DNA of 64,000 nt from Octopus vulgaris (Eukaryota), in contig OX597824.1 in NCBI GenBank assembly GCA_951406725.2, positions 15,872,001 to 15,936,000 on the forward strand. Direction: 5' to 3'. The position numbers and the translations under genes were made by a program. Below the pieces are notes generated by a model. It was given only the letters and a program-made list of their open reading frames with translations. It made no database searches and was not told the DNA's origin. This document shows, piece after piece, positions 25,082-40,889 of the stretch. Numbering within the stretch: the stretch's first letter is position 1; each line of letters starts with the position of its first letter.

Positions 25082-26023
25082 TACACAGAAAAAAAACAAG
25101 GAGAGAAAAAAATGCGTGTAGGAGCTAACGATCTAACATGGCGTATCTGTGTGTATGTGTATGTGTATGTGTGGGTGGGTGTGTATATGTTTCTGTGTCT
25201 CTGTTTTTCCCCCCCACCATCACTTTAAAACCGATGCTGGTGTGTGTACGCCCCTGTAACATTACCGGTTCGGCAAAAGATAAGATCCTTAACAAAGGAT
25301 AAGTACTAGGCTTACAAAGAATAAGTCCTGGGGTCGATTTGCTCGACTAAAGGCGGTGCACGGCCGCAGTCAAATGCCTGAAACAATAAAAGAGTAAAAG
25401 AATAAGGGTAAAGAATATATGCTCGACTGGCATATATTCAGTCTCTGTCCACCAAATCCATTCACGAGGCTCTTGTAGAATACACTTGCCCAATGTGCCA
25501 TGAACCCGGAACCATGTAATTAGGCAGCAAAGTTCTTACCACACAGTCGAGTCTGCGCCTATAATACGTAGAATTATTTCAACACGAAGTCAGGTTCCAT
25601 TAGTAATGCTCAAATAGTGACTATCGCTTCATGCTTTAAAAAAAATATTTTTCAGAAAAACTGTATCTAGTTATACATTATCCAATGTATCCCGTTTTTT
25701 AAGATGACAGGGTGTGCTTAGGTGGAGGATGGGTGCTTGTTTTTTTGTAGCAGGTGGAGCGACTGTGTCGGATTTTCGTCGTTGATTCGTTGTCAAAGTT
25801 GTATTTGTTATTGTAGTAATTGTTGATTTTGATGGTGGCGTTCGTTGATGACATGGTGGAGGTGGTGTAGTGAGGGATTTTGATTGGATAGCTTCTATTT
25901 CAATTGGTGTATTAGCTGGATAACAGCTGCAAAGCTATTAAATAACATTGGTTTTAGATAGGACACTGACAATACATAAATAAATAATTACACACACACA
26001 CATGTTTGTATGTGTTCGTGTAA

Positions 26024-26085
<62 letters not shown>

Positions 26086-26176
26086 ATATATATATATGTA
26101 TATATGTATATATGTATATATATATATGCATATATATATGTATATATGTATATATATATGTATATGTATATATATG

Positions 26177-26210
<34 letters not shown>

Positions 26211-26658
26211 TGGAAATAGAACTATGCATACATATACACATACGTATATATACATACATTCATATGTACGTATACATATACATATAAATGTATGTATAAA
26301 TACACCAAACACGCATACACTCATACGCTCACACATATATACAATATATATATACATATATACATACACATACATACATATATATATATATATACATACA
26401 TACATTAACATACATACATACATACATACATACATACATACACATATGTATACTGCTGCGTAACCAGGACGTTATCCTGACGTCCCTCTTCATACGGAGA
26501 CTAAGATGAAGAGAGGGAAATACACTATCTTCTCGCCGTTACCCTATACTCGTACATTCCCATTATTTCACAAAAATTCTTTATACACTCGGCCAATACA
26601 CAGCTATTCGCACAAAAGGGTATCCTCATCCACTTACACAATATATATGCATACGCGC

Positions 26659-26901
26659 GGAGGTGCAATGGCCCAGTGGTTAGGGCAGTGGACACGCGGT
26701 CGTAGAATCACGGTTTCGATTCCCAGACCGGGCGTTGTGTTTATTGAGCGAAAGCACTTAAAAGCTCCACAAGGCTCCGGTAGGAGTGGTGGTGGCCAAC
26801 CCTGCTGCACTCTTTGACCACAACTTTCTCTCACTCTTTCTTCCTGTTTTTGTTGTACCTGTATTTGAAAGGGCCAGCCTTGTCACGCTCTGAGTCACGC
26901 T
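26659..26901 (+). mobile_element. tRNA-derived SINE family D (3'-truncated)
   Basis: GGAGG.GCAATGGCCCAGTGGTTAGGGCA..GGTTTCGATTCCC head. Homologs at 35198-35391 (-) and 41603-41992 (-). Confidence 0.8.
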
Positions 26902-27469
26902 TTGAGTCACGTTATATTCTACGATATAAACATACGCAAGACTATGTACACGTCTATATACTTCATCAACCGGGGATATAGAGAGAAATATTTCAATAAC
27001 AAGAACAATCTACCCGACGGGATTCTATACAATTTCCACAAGCCCAAGTGCACTCACAATATATATATAAGTCGAACCGGGTCTGGAGGAAAATGGCATT
27101 TGCCAATGAAGCAACGCAATATATTTAAACTCGGGACTTCGTGGTTGTGAAGCGACATTCTTAAACAATCGGCAATACGGCGCTAATAAACGATTTTATA
27201 CACAAACAGTTATTGAATATGTCAATGTAATTCTGTTACAATTCTTCCTATATATCAACGTTTGTTAAATACACTGCACGGGTTTCTGTTGACCATCTTT
27301 ATGTTGAGTCGTTTGCATTTTGTTTTCTTCAGCTCATCAGCTAATGCGATTTTGTCTACTTATTTTATTATTATTATTTTTTTTCCTTTTGGTCGTCACA
27401 TTTGCCAATAGACAAATGCAGGGCAGAATGGCTAATGAGCATTCCAGTTGCATATCTATCTCTACCTAC

Positions 27470-27591
<122 letters not shown>

Positions 27592-27625
27592 GCATATATT
27601 TTATTTATTTATTATATTGTTATTA

Positions 27626-27700
<75 letters not shown>

Positions 27701-28591
27701 GTCTGTCTGTCTGTCTCTGTCTCAGGATCTATCTCTTGTTGCACGTAGCCACACAATCGCACATGTACATGAACATGCTTACATACACTCACCGATATAT
27801 ATATATATCCATACATACATACAGTCACACACACACACACACATATATATAAAATTTACATATATATAATATGTGTGTGTATTCATATGCAGATATATTA
27901 ATGTTAGCTATATATTATGTTAGCTATATATATATTAATGTTAGCTATATATTGCTGCCATATATTTGTATACAAATATGTGCGTGTGTGCATGTATACA
28001 TACATATATTTATACATACATATATATATATATACATATATGCTGTAACACGCACACATATACATAAACAGGAGACAAAACACACGCATGCACAGATATA
28101 CATGCCGCCTACAAACATACGCACGTACGTGTGTGTTTGTTTGTATGTATGTATGTATGAATGTGCCTGTCGCTAATCAGAGATAGACCTCCAAGTGAAA
28201 TATCTGATATTTGCTATAGTATAAGCTTGTTTCTTGTCAGTGTGAGATTTAATTTGCGAAGCACAGTTCAGCAGGATCGCTGTGGGTGGAATAAAGTGGT
28301 GAATAAATAAAGAAGTGAGCAAAAACCATGACCCCCCCCCCCCATCTCAACCATCATGCCCCACCACGCAACTACCGTGAGCCAGTGTAATCTACGTAGA
28401 CCACACCACAGCCGAACTTCAGTATAATTGAGGCTGATGACAACTGTAAACAAGAACAAGCTCTTATCTTCTTCGGTTCTTAGAGCTACGAGTTTAGACG
28501 TTTAAGAAAGTTATCTACTGTCAAAGAGGCATTCCTAGACTGACACGAACACACACACACACAGGTAAACGCTGGTACATAGCCACACAGA

Positions 28592-28660
<69 letters not shown>

Positions 28661-28784
28661 ACACGCACAGATAGAGGTGAAACTGCAATGAAATACAAAT
28701 ATTTGTTGCAAGAATGCAGATACGAAAAAAGTGAACAAGTACGCAACACAGATTTATACATAAAAAATATACTCTGATGCATTC

Positions 28785-28935
<151 letters not shown>

Positions 28936-28994
28936 GTATATATATGTATATATATATGTATATATATATGTATATATATATATATAGATATATA

Positions 28995-29037
<43 letters not shown>

Positions 29038-29157
29038 GTAAAATAATATGTGACTATTATTCAAGATATTTACAAAATATTGGGGTCTCTCTTTCTTTTC
29101 TTATTTTACCGTTTTTACCAATATATATATGTATTTTTACCAATATATATATGTATA

Positions 29158-29223
<66 letters not shown>

Positions 29224-30869
29224 CATATATATATATACACACACACTCGTTTATTCTTTTATTCTTATACTTGTTCCAGTCATTTGATTGCGGCCTTGCT
29301 GGAGCACCGCCGTTTTTAGTCGAAGAAATCGAACCCAGGACTTATTCTTTGTAAGCCTGATATTTATTCTGTCGGTATCTTTTGAAGAACCGCTAAGTTA
29401 CAGGGACGCAAACACACCAGCATCGGTTGTCAAGCGATGGTTAGGGGGACAAACATTGACACAAAAACACACACACACATAAATATATATCCATTCGCAA
29501 GGTTTTGGTCGGCCCCAGGCTACAGTAGAAGACACTTGCTCAAGGTGCCACGCAGTGGGACTGAACTTAGAACCATGTGGTTGGGAAGCAAGCTTCTTAC
29601 CACATAGCCACACCGGTGCCTATATATTGCAATAACAGCCTTTCGTGATTTCATCACCTCTTGCTCTCGATAGATCCTCGCTGCCGGCATAAATGAGCTA
29701 CCGATAAAATGGCAAAATTGTGTTAATAATTTAGGTGCATACTTTGATTAACTGCATTGCTTTTTGTTGACATAAAGTAAAATAGCTTTCAGTTCAAAAT
29801 CAGACTGTGTGTGGGTCTTTGTGTCAATTTTTGTCCCCTTCACCATCGCTTGACAACCGATGCTGGTGTGTTTATGTCCCCGTAACTTAATGACTTTATA
29901 CATATATTTATATGCATACATATATACATACATGCATAGTTACACGCGTAGTCATTAATCTTTTCTATTCTAGACATAAGATCCGAAATTTTGGGGGAGA
30001 GGAAGGGTAATCGATTAGATCGACACCAGTACGCAACTGGTAATTAAATTATCGATGAAAAGCAAAATCGACCTCGGCGGAATTTGAACTCAGAACATAA
30101 AGTAATTTGAACTCAGAAATACCTATTTCTTTATTACCGACAAGGGTAATGAAGACAGACAAAACACCGCTAAGCATTTCCACCGGCGTGCTAACGTTTC
30201 TTATTTCTTTATTGCCCACAAGGGGCTAAACATAGAGGGGACAAACAAGGACAGACAAAGGGATTAAGTCGATTACATCGGCCTCGGTACGTAACTGGTA
30301 CTTAATTTATCGACCCCGAAAGGATGAAAGGCAAAGTCGACCTCGGCGGAATTAGAACTCAGACCGTAAAGACAGACAAAACAGCGCTAAGTATTTCGCC
30401 CGGCGTGCTAACGTTTCTGCCTGCTTACCGCCTTACACGTGTAGTCATTAATAGCTTATTTTGGAGCCCATAGATGGCACCTCCTCTACAACTGTCACCA
30501 TCGTTATTCCCACATTCACTTATATGAAGTTAGAGCTGGGTATGTGAGCCAGTAATTCGCTGAAATGTACTTTATTATCAACGGAAGGATTGAAAGCAAA
30601 GCTGGTCTCGGCTGCTTTCGAACTCAGGTCAACTCAGTCAGTGTTCGGCAATTACCGATTCTGTATATCTCTATCTTGTATGCTTTAATTGTTCCAGGGG
30701 TTAGACTGCGCCCTTACTGGGGCATGGTAAGTAACTTGCTTACCAACTACATAGTTCCGGATTCAGTCCCACTGCGTGGCACCTTGGGCAAATGTCTTCT
30801 ACTATAGCCTCGGGCCAACCAAAGCCTTGTGAGTGGATTTGGTAGACGGAAACTGAAAGAATCCTGTCG

Positions 30870-30906
<37 letters not shown>

Positions 30907-31651
30907 ATATGTTTGTTTGTCTGTGTTTGTCTCCTCCCCAACATCGCTTGACAACCGATGCTGGTGTGTTTACCTCCCCATAACTTAGTGGTTTGGCAAA
31001 AGAGACCAATAGAATAAGTTAATGGGACGTAAACACACCAACACCGGTTGGTGAGGCAGAAACTGGACGCACATCCATACTCATCCGCACACATACGACA
31101 GGCTTGTTTCAGTCCAACAAATTCACCCTCAATGCTTTGGGGCGGTCCAGACACTCGTTCAAGGTGCTACGCAGTGGGACTGAACCCGGAACCATGTAGT
31201 TGGGAAGCAAGCTTCTTACCACCCAGCTGCGCCTGCGCCTGTATATGGGCACGGATAGACTGCCCTTCATCATTGAAGAGACCTAAGGTTACACAACACC
31301 AACGACAACGTCTTTGTAGCGATTCAACGAAGGTGTCCCTGCGTCGATTTCCGATATGCTAGAAATACCAGCCAAATCTCGCTGGAACCTCTTTCTACAG
31401 TCTTAGAAAAAGTCACGTTGAGTAACGTGGTTCTTGGTTCTCAGTACATAAGAAAATAATAGGTTGGATGGTTATGGCTGGAATATCTTCTGGAATGCTT
31501 TTGATCATGAAATTCTGTGGGTTCGGAATGAAATAAGAGCCATTTGCACCAGATAAAACAAAAAATTAAAGAAAAAACAGCTTAGAAGAGAGGGGAGAGA
31601 AAGAAAGAGAGTGAATGTGAGAGACCGAGAGAGAGAGGGGAGGAGAAAGAC

Positions 31652-31694
<43 letters not shown>

Positions 31695-32260
31695 AGGATC
31701 GAAAGAAAGAAAGAAGGATCGAAAGAGAGAGGGATAGGGAAATGAATAAATATTACTATAGAAAACAAGCGGCCAACCATCGAACCATCCAACCAGTAGA
31801 CCAGCCAGCAAGCCGGCCTGCCAGTCAACCCACCAGCCAGCCAACCAACAGTTCGTTAGCTTCATTGTAGGCTGGATTCATTGGGAGAAGGCAGAGCGAA
31901 AGCGGGCGGCTTGTTAGATACGAGCTTCTACACCAGCAGGCGAGATCTGGTGGGACGAGACATATATATCAAATAAGCAATTGATATGACGAATCCAGTT
32001 TAGACACCGAGTCTAGATGTTTCCATTGCTTATATTTATTTAGTTCATAATAAACACATACGCACACGCTCTCAGTTTCACTCCCTCTCTCTGCCTTTCT
32101 CTCTCTTTGTCTTTTCTCCTCTCTTCTCTCCTCTCCCTCTCTTTCACACTCTCTCTTGTCTCTCTGCTTTACTCTTTCTGACTCACTCTCACTCCTCCTC
32201 TCTCTATCTATCAATCAATTTTCAATTGTTTTGTGTTTGTTAAGCGAGGAAAAAAACACT

Positions 32261-33829
32261 GTCTTCTGCCAATCAGCAAATGTTCAGTGAATTTTAATGA
32301 CGGCAGACGATAGGTCTCCCCTTTCTGGAAGCGGAGATAATTTCAATGAATGAAGAAGAATTCATCTTCTATGTTATTTAATATTCCTTTATCCGGCTTT
32401 GTTTTTTCAACAACATCCCACTAGCCCTCTTCATTTATTTCTTTTCGTCCATTTTCGTTTCCACTATGCAAATTAACTCGGCGATGAATGCGCTTCTATC
32501 TCTCTCTATTTTCCCTCTTTCTCACCTAGGCGTTCTCACCACATATATACACGAAGATTATATTCTTTCATTCCTTTAATCTGTTACTTGTTTCAGTCAT
32601 TAGGCCCGAAATTTTGGGGGAGGTGGCCAGTCGATTAGATCGATCCCAGTACGCAACTGGTACTTAATTTATCGACCCCTAAACATAGAGGGGACAAACA
32701 AGGACAGACAAAGGGATTAAGTCGATTACATCGACCTCAGTACGTAACTGGTACTTAATTTATCGACCCCGAAAGGATGAAAGGCAAAGTCGACTCCGGC
32801 GGAATTTGAACTCAGAACGTAACGACAGACAAAACACCGCTAAGCATTTCACCCGGCGTGCTAACGTTTCTTATTTCTATATTGCCCAAAAGGGGCTAAA
32901 CATAGAGGGGACAAACAAGGACAGACAAAGGGATTAAGTTGATTATATCGATTCCAGTTCGTAACTGCTACTTAATTTATCGACCCCGAAAGGATGAAAG
33001 ACAAAGTCGACCTCGGCGGAGTTTGAACTCAGAACGTAACGACAGACAAAACACCGCTAAGCATTTCACCCGGCGTGCTAACATTTCTTATTTCTATATT
33101 ACCCACAAGGGGCTAAACATAGAGGGGACAAACAAGGACAGACAAAGGGATTAAGTTGATTATATCGATTCCAGTTCGTAACTGCTACTTAATTTATCGA
33201 CCCCGAAAGAATGAAAAGCAAAGTCGACCTCGGCGGAGTTTGAACTCAGAACGTAACGACAGACAAAACACCGCTAAGCATTTCACCCGGCGTGCTAACG
33301 TTTCTTATTTCTATATTACCCACAAGGGGCTAAACATAGAGGGGACAAACAAGGACAGACAGACGGATTAAGTTGATTACATCGACCCCAGTTCGTAACT
33401 GCTACTTAATTTATCGACCCTGAAAGGATGAAAAGCAAAGTCGACCTCGGCGGAATTTAAATTCAGAACTTAAAGACAGACGAAACACCCCAGTACAGGC
33501 GCAGTCTTCTGCCAAACAGCAAATGTTCAGTGAATTTTAATGACGGCAGACGATAGGTCTCCCCTTTCTGGAAGCGGAGATAATTTCAATGAATGAAGAA
33601 GAATTCATCTTCTATGTTATTTAATATTCCTTTATCCGACTTTATTTTTTTCAACTACATCCCACTGGCCCTCTTCATTTATTTCTTTTCGTCCATTTTC
33701 GTTTCCACTATGGAAATTAAGTCGGCGATGACTGCGCTTCCATCTTTCTCTATTTTCCCTTTTTCTCACCCAGGCGTTTTCACTACATATATACACGAAG
33801 TTTATAATCTTTTACTTGTTTCAGTCATT
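32261..33829 (+). repeat. ~330-bp direct duplication (32261-32600 / 33504-33829) flanking a SINE B array
   Basis: Both copies begin GTCTTCTGCCAA.CAGCAAATGTTCAGTG and end TTACTTGTTTCAGTCATT. Confidence 0.88.
32603..33490 (-). mobile_element. SINE family B tandem array, 217-bp period
   Basis: Near-identical units, which explain the twin ORFs at 32939 and 33156. Confidence 0.88.
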
Positions 33830-34544
33830 TGACTGCGGCCATACTGGAGCACCGCCTTAAAGGGCTTTTTTTAGTCGAAGAAATCGACCCCAGAATTTAT
33901 GCTTCGCAAGCTAATACTTATTCAATTTGTTTTGCCGAGCCGCTAAGTTACGGGGACGTAAACACACCAACATCAGTGGTGGTGGGGGGAACAAACACAA
34001 ACACACACATACTCATATACATACGACGGGCTTCTTTCAGTTTCCGTCTACCAAATCCACTCACAAGGTTTTGAACGGCCCGAGGCTATAGTAGACCATA
34101 TCTACATACATATATGTATGTATAAATATGCATGGCACCTTAGGCAAGTGTCCTCTACTATAGCCTCGGGCCGACCAAAGCCTTGTGAGTGGATTTGTTA
34201 GACGGAAACTGAAAGAAGCCTGTTGTGTGTATATGGATTCACACACACACACACACACACACATACACACACATGTATATATCAAGGTGTGTGTGTGTCT
34301 GTGTGTGTGTGCGTGTGTGTGTTTGTCCTTCCAACATGGCTTGACAACCGATGTTAGTGTGTTTACATCTCCATAACTTAACCGTTCGGTAAGAGACCGA
34401 TAGAATAAGTACTAGACTTAGAAAAAAAGTCCTGGGGTCGATTTGTTCTACTAAAGGCGGTGCTCCAGCATGGCCGCAGTCAAATGACTGAAAGTAATAA
34501 AAAAGTGGTTGGGAAGCAAGCTTCTTACCACGTAGCCACGCCTG

Positions 34545-34582
<38 letters not shown>

Positions 34583-34861
34583 TGTGTGTGTGCATGTATG
34601 TTTGTGATCGTGTGTGTGTCTGTTTCCCTCTCTGCTTTTGTCCCTTCACAACCAGCGTTGGTATGCTTATGTACCCGCAACTTAGCGGTTCGACAATCGG
34701 GGCCGATAAAATAAGTCCCAGGCTACAAAAAAAAAATGTGTTGGGGTTGATTCATTCAATTCAAACTTCTTTAAAGGCGGTGCACCAGTATAGCTGCAGT
34801 CTAATGACTGAAGCTAGTTACTTAGATTATTTAGATAAGCTTCGGCCGAAGAGATACACAG

Positions 34862-35135
34862 TTAGGTTTTAGGCACCTTAGCCCATTCGAGCAGAGAGTT
34901 ATTGTTTCCAGAGACGTATCCAGGTGTGGGTGGTTTGTCTGGTATTTGTTGGAGGTAATCATCTAATGCCATGAAATCACTCTCCTCCTTTATGTAGGTT
35001 GGCACGATGTTGAAGAGAGCGGGGCCAGTTGAGGTGAAATAGTTCTGTCGAAGTGTTGTGATACGACACGAACATGATTTCTATAATGGACGGATGGCAC
35101 GGGAGCCAAGATCCGGATGAATTTTAAAGAAGAGA
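34862..35135 (-). pseudogene. CR1/L2-group LINE ORF2 C-terminal fragment
   Basis: FKIHPDLGSRAIRPL*KSCSCRITTLRQNYFTSTGPALFNIVPTYIKE..LDDYLQQIPDKPPTPGYVSGNNNSLLEW matches the GP.LFN.LP / LD..L..IPD.P..PGY..NSL motif. Confidence 0.75.
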
Positions 35136-35561
35136 AAGCAGGTCAACCCCCGACACCGAGAGCATCGACGGATGGATGAATGTGTAGGAAGTCGGGGATA
35201 AGAAACAGGAAGAAAGTGGGTGAGAAAGTTGGAGCGAAAGAATACAACAGGGGTCGCCACCCCCCTGCCGGAGCTCGTGGAACTTGAGGTGTTTTCGCTC
35301 AATAAACACACACAACGCCCGGTCTGGGAATCGAAAGCGCGATCCTCCGACCGCGAGTCCGCTGCCCTAACCACTGGGCCATTGCGCCTCCTCTGTTGCT
35401 GTTGTTGTTGTCAAATCACGAAGAAGCTTCTGTTTTGTTTCGATGTGGATGGAATGCGAGATATTTTGTTTGAAATCTTCGGTTGTTATTTTATACTCTT
35501 TCTCTCTCCCTTTATCTATCTATCTATCTATCTCTCTCTCTCTCCCTTCCCCCTTCTCTCT

Positions 35562-35600
<39 letters not shown>

Positions 35601-36083
35601 CACACGGATACACGTACACACACATTCCACAATCTACAAAGCGTCGAATTCCAGATATGAAATATACAACAGTGTCCTCTTCTCTGATAAATGATTCCAG
35701 TCTTGAAAGCCATCCTTTATTTACTGCATTGTTATCACTTTTCCTTCCTTCCTTCCTTCCGCCCGTTTTTTTCTTCCACTCCTTTTTCTTGTCTTCATTC
35801 TTTCCTTTCTTTCCTTCTTTCCTTTCTTCCTTATTTTCTTTTTCACTTTTCCTTTCTGTGTTTTTTTCATCGTTTCTTTCCTTTTCTCTTTTTTTGTCTT
35901 CCTTGCTTCTTTCTTTTCTCCCTTTCTTTCTACCTTTCTTTCTACCTTTTTGTTCGGTCCTCTTTTCCTTCTTTGTTTCTTTTCATTCTTTCATATTTAA
36001 CTTCTTTTGTTCTTTCTTTCTCTCTCTTCCTTCCTTTCTTTCTTTTCTCTATCTACGTTTCTTTCTTTCTCGTTTTCTCCCAC

Positions 36084-36136
<53 letters not shown>

Positions 36137-36618
36137 TTCCTTTCTTCTTTTCTTTCTTTCTTTCCTTCCGTCTTTTCTTCCTTCCTTTCTTTCCTTCTTT
36201 TCTTTTCCATTTTTCTCTACTCTTTCTTTCATTCTTTCTCTTCATATCTTATCTGGTCATTATGTCTTGTGTAAATCCTTGTTTTGTCGTTCTTTGATAG
36301 TTCAGCCATTATCTTCTTCCCTCTCAGCCATTGAATTAAGTCTCAGTCTATTGGCGTCTCGCATGGAACATAGAAAAATACTTCGGCATTTTTCTGTGGT
36401 CCTCTTCTCTTTAAGCTGATAGCAGAAGCATTTTCTTGCGTGTAACCAACAAGGGAATCTTGTTTTCATCCTTCTTCTTCTTCTTCTTCTTCTTCTTCTT
36501 CTTCTTCTTCTTCTTCTTCTTCTTCTTCTTCTTCTTCTTCTTCTTCTTCTTCTTCTTCTTCTTCTTCGCTTTCTATCGAAGTCGAACTGGTAACCATCAT
36601 CCGCGAAGTTGATTAAAC

Positions 36619-36707
<89 letters not shown>

Positions 36708-36876
36708 GTGCGCGTGTGTGTGTTCGTGTATATATATATATATATATACATACATAAATACTAATAAATACATACACACATACATATACATACACACATA
36801 CATACACACATGTTTGTGAACGTATGTATGTAATTCGAAATGAACTACATACATTTTTTGCTTCCTTTTTAATTTG

Positions 36877-37001
<125 letters not shown>

Positions 37002-37077
37002 GTCTATCACTGTTTGTCCTTCTCTCCCTCTCTCATTTTACATACATGCATTCATGCATGCATGCATACACACAGAG

Positions 37078-37117
<40 letters not shown>

Positions 37118-37745
37118 GTATGCATGTATGTATGTACTTTTTATATACAGACATGTATATTAATTATGGAAATTTATCATCGTTTCAAAGTAATACCTAA
37201 CAAAAATATCGAAAATATGCTGCAAGCTATTAATGTCGTCAACACAAACCCTACACCAGTAACAACAAACACCACCCAGTATCTATTATAATATGCTGCA
37301 GCCGCATCGATTGTCTAAGATATAAATTCTTGGCACAATACAATACAGACCAATCTTGTTTGAAACGCAGAAGACAGGGCTTCTGAAATAATAATCGGCT
37401 TTGTTAAATGCCTGCATCGTAGATCGTTCACCCCGTTAAGCGGCCAGACGGGTCATTAATGCAACCCTTGGAAATTCTCTACTGCGTTTTTTACCATTCT
37501 CTCTTTTCTGCTGTCTTCTTCGTTTGGCATGCTTCTTCGAAGGTTTTTGCGCCATCGTCGAAATTATTGATTCTTACTATTAAACTTTATATTGTTCATT
37601 GGGAATAAGCAGACACGCGCACGCGCCTGTGTATATTAATATATTTATATTCAGACACACACACACATACATATGTCTGTATACGTATATATGTATGTAT
37701 GTACGTATGTATGCATGCATGTATGCATGCATGTATATATGTATG

Positions 37746-37794
<49 letters not shown>

Positions 37795-37796
<2 letters not shown>

Positions 37797-37943
37797 GCAG
37801 GAGTAGCTGTGTGGCTTGCTTAACAACCACATGGTTCCGGGTTCAGTTCCACTGCGTGGCACCTTGGGAAAGTGTCTTCTGCAAAAAGAAGACAAGAAGC
37901 CTTGTGAGTGGATTTGGTAGACGGAAACTGAAAGAAGCTCGTC

Positions 37944-38010
<67 letters not shown>

Positions 38011-38212
38011 CTTGTGTGTCTTTGTTTGTCCCCCAACATCGCTTGACATCCGATGATGTGTTTACGTCCCGTCAATTAGCGGTTCGGCAAGAAACACCGA
38101 TCGAAAAAATATTAGGCTTACAAAGAATAAGTCCTGGGGTAGATTTGCTCGACTAAAGGCGGTGCTCCAGCATAGCCGCAGTGAAATGACTGAAACAAGT
38201 AAAAGAATAAAA

Positions 38213-38215
<3 letters not shown>
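37795..38215 (+). mobile_element. SINE family A
   Basis: Near full-length copy. Confidence 0.85.
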
Positions 38216-38254
<39 letters not shown>

Positions 38255-38365
38255 CAATAAATGTTTTTAATTTTCTCTGGTTTACGGAATTGATGTTATT
38301 TTGCGGTTAAAGCTTTTGCTGTTATTTCTAGTGGGTGAATGGCCTATTATGGCCGTTCCTTGATT

Positions 38366-38411
<46 letters not shown>

Positions 38412-38854
38412 GATCGCTAGGTAGATGCATATATGATCTTCTATCTCTCTATCTTTCTACACACACACACACACACGCACACAAACATCCACATACACAC
38501 ACATATAATACGGACACATATACACACATGTATGTAGGAATATGTCTATCAATGTATATACCCATAGTAATATATGTGGCGACTCTGGGACGGTGTTGCA
38601 GCATCGCCACAGCCTTTGGGCTGAAATGCACAAAAGTATTGAAAAATATACACCATTAATGTATATATGTGTGTGTATGTGTGTGTGCGCGCGTATGTGT
38701 GTCTGTGTGTGCATGTGTGTATATATGTAAAAGTGCGTTTTTGCGTGTGTGGACCTATGTGATGTGTCTACATCCATTTAATTACACTTGAGTATGTGCG
38801 GGATGGTTGTGAGGGGTAGAAATGCACGGCGATGCGTTTAATGTTCCTTTATAC

Positions 38855-39250
38855 TCTTCTACTTGTTTGTTTGACTGTGGCCATGCTGGAGCACCGCCTT
38901 TAGTCGAGCAAATCGACCCCGGGACTTATTCTTTGTAAGCCCAGTACTTATTCTATCAGTCTCTTTTGCCGATCCGCTAAGTGACGGTGACGTAAACACA
39001 CCAGCATCGGTTGTCAAGCGATGTTGGGAGGACAAACACAGACACACAAACACACATACACGCATATATATATATACATATATACGACGGGCTTCTTTCA
39101 ATTTCCGTCAGTCAAATCCACTTACAAGGCTTTGGTCGACCCGAGGCTATAGTAGAAGACACTTGACCAAGGTGTCACGCAGTGGGACTGAACCCGGAAC
39201 TATGTGGTTGGTAAGTAAGCTACTTACCACACAGCAACTCCTGCACCTAT
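38855..39250 (-). mobile_element. SINE family A
   Basis: Near full-length reverse copy. Confidence 0.85.
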
Positions 39251-39821
39251 GTTCCTTTTCTTTCTTTTCTTTGGTTTTGAGTCATTTCTTAGACTCCGTC
39301 TCCGAGTGCTTTTGTGAATCGTACTAACCCGAGTACATACTTCAGCCTGCTAAATATTTTTTACGATCTCCAATTGTCGTACCGCTTTGTTATGAATATA
39401 AAGAATGACACCGATGTGGTTTTCACAGACACATGTACAAAGACCCACCACAAAATGCTCATATGCACACACAATACCACTGTCTGTCCGTCTGCTTGCC
39501 TGTCTATCTATCTCTCTGTCTCTCTGTCCCTCTCTCTCTCTCTATGGATGTATGTATATGTAGGTATGTATGAATGTATGTATGTATGTATGTATGTATG
39601 TATGTGTGTATGTACATACGTATGTATGTATGTATACATACATGTATATGCATGTATGTAGGATTTTATGTATGTATGTATACATATATGTATGTATGTA
39701 TGAATTTATGTATGCTTGTATGTATACATACATGTATATGTATGTATGTATACATATATATATGTATGAGTGTATGTATGCATGTATGTATATATGTATG
39801 TATGTATGTATGTATGTTATG

Positions 39822-39870
<49 letters not shown>

Positions 39871-39980
39871 GTCTATCTATCTCAGCATGGCTGCAATCAA
39901 ATGTCTGAAGCAAATAAAAGAATAAAAGAATATACGTATATACCCTGTGTGTAAATTATGGTTCATGTATATATATATGT

Positions 39981-40014
<34 letters not shown>

Positions 40015-40035
40015 CATATATATATATGTATATAT

Positions 40036-40080
<45 letters not shown>

Positions 40081-40224
40081 CTATACATAAATGTATATAT
40101 ATATTTCTATACATAAATGTATATATATATATATATATTTGTATACATATATATGTGTATATATAATTATATATACATGTATCTACACACAAACAGACAT
40201 ATATAGATAAACAGATGCATGATT

Positions 40225-40255
<31 letters not shown>

Positions 40256-40889
40256 TACGCATTCACACACGTTATGCACACACTTTTGAACGCACATGGA
40301 ACACATCATTCAGACCCACCCGTACATATTATACTCCAAACCGTGAAAGTTTCCAATTTGCGAAACGTACTGGCAACCTTCCAATTAATATCAACAACGC
40401 TAATTGAAAACCCTGCCTTCACTGCCAAAATCTGTTAGTTCACACCTACCAAACACGACTGCTGATCAAACTATCCTCTATTTGTATTTCTCAAACGTTG
40501 GATCTACGGAGGACATTGCCCTAGGCTGTTTGCTAACATCCCCATCTCTCTCTCTCTCTCTTTTGTAGAATCTTCTATCTATTGCAGAGCTGTGTTATGT
40601 TGGTGGTGTGCTGGAGTTTTGTAATTTTGCAGTTTTGAGTTACTGCAGTGGTTCCTTATGCTAATATAAAATATACACTGACTTTATTAGTGAGATAATA
40701 CAATGAAGCGGTGATGTGCTGTTTTACTGGCGCAACAGTACAGCGGTTTAGTAAAAGAAAGATACGCAATAGTTTAGTTCTAGGGTGCCTTAAGCAGCAT
40801 AGCGAAATGGTTAAGAAGCTCGCTTCATAATCGCAACGTCCCGGTTTCGATCATGGAGCATGGAGGTTTGCAGGATTTCTACTGCCTGT

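Noticed and set aside
40533-40665. Branch point CTAAC plus (CT)n plus TAG acceptor; similarly the CAG at 45191-45193
   Set aside because: Downstream frames are short, with no clear donor or homology; cannot be supported without RNA data.
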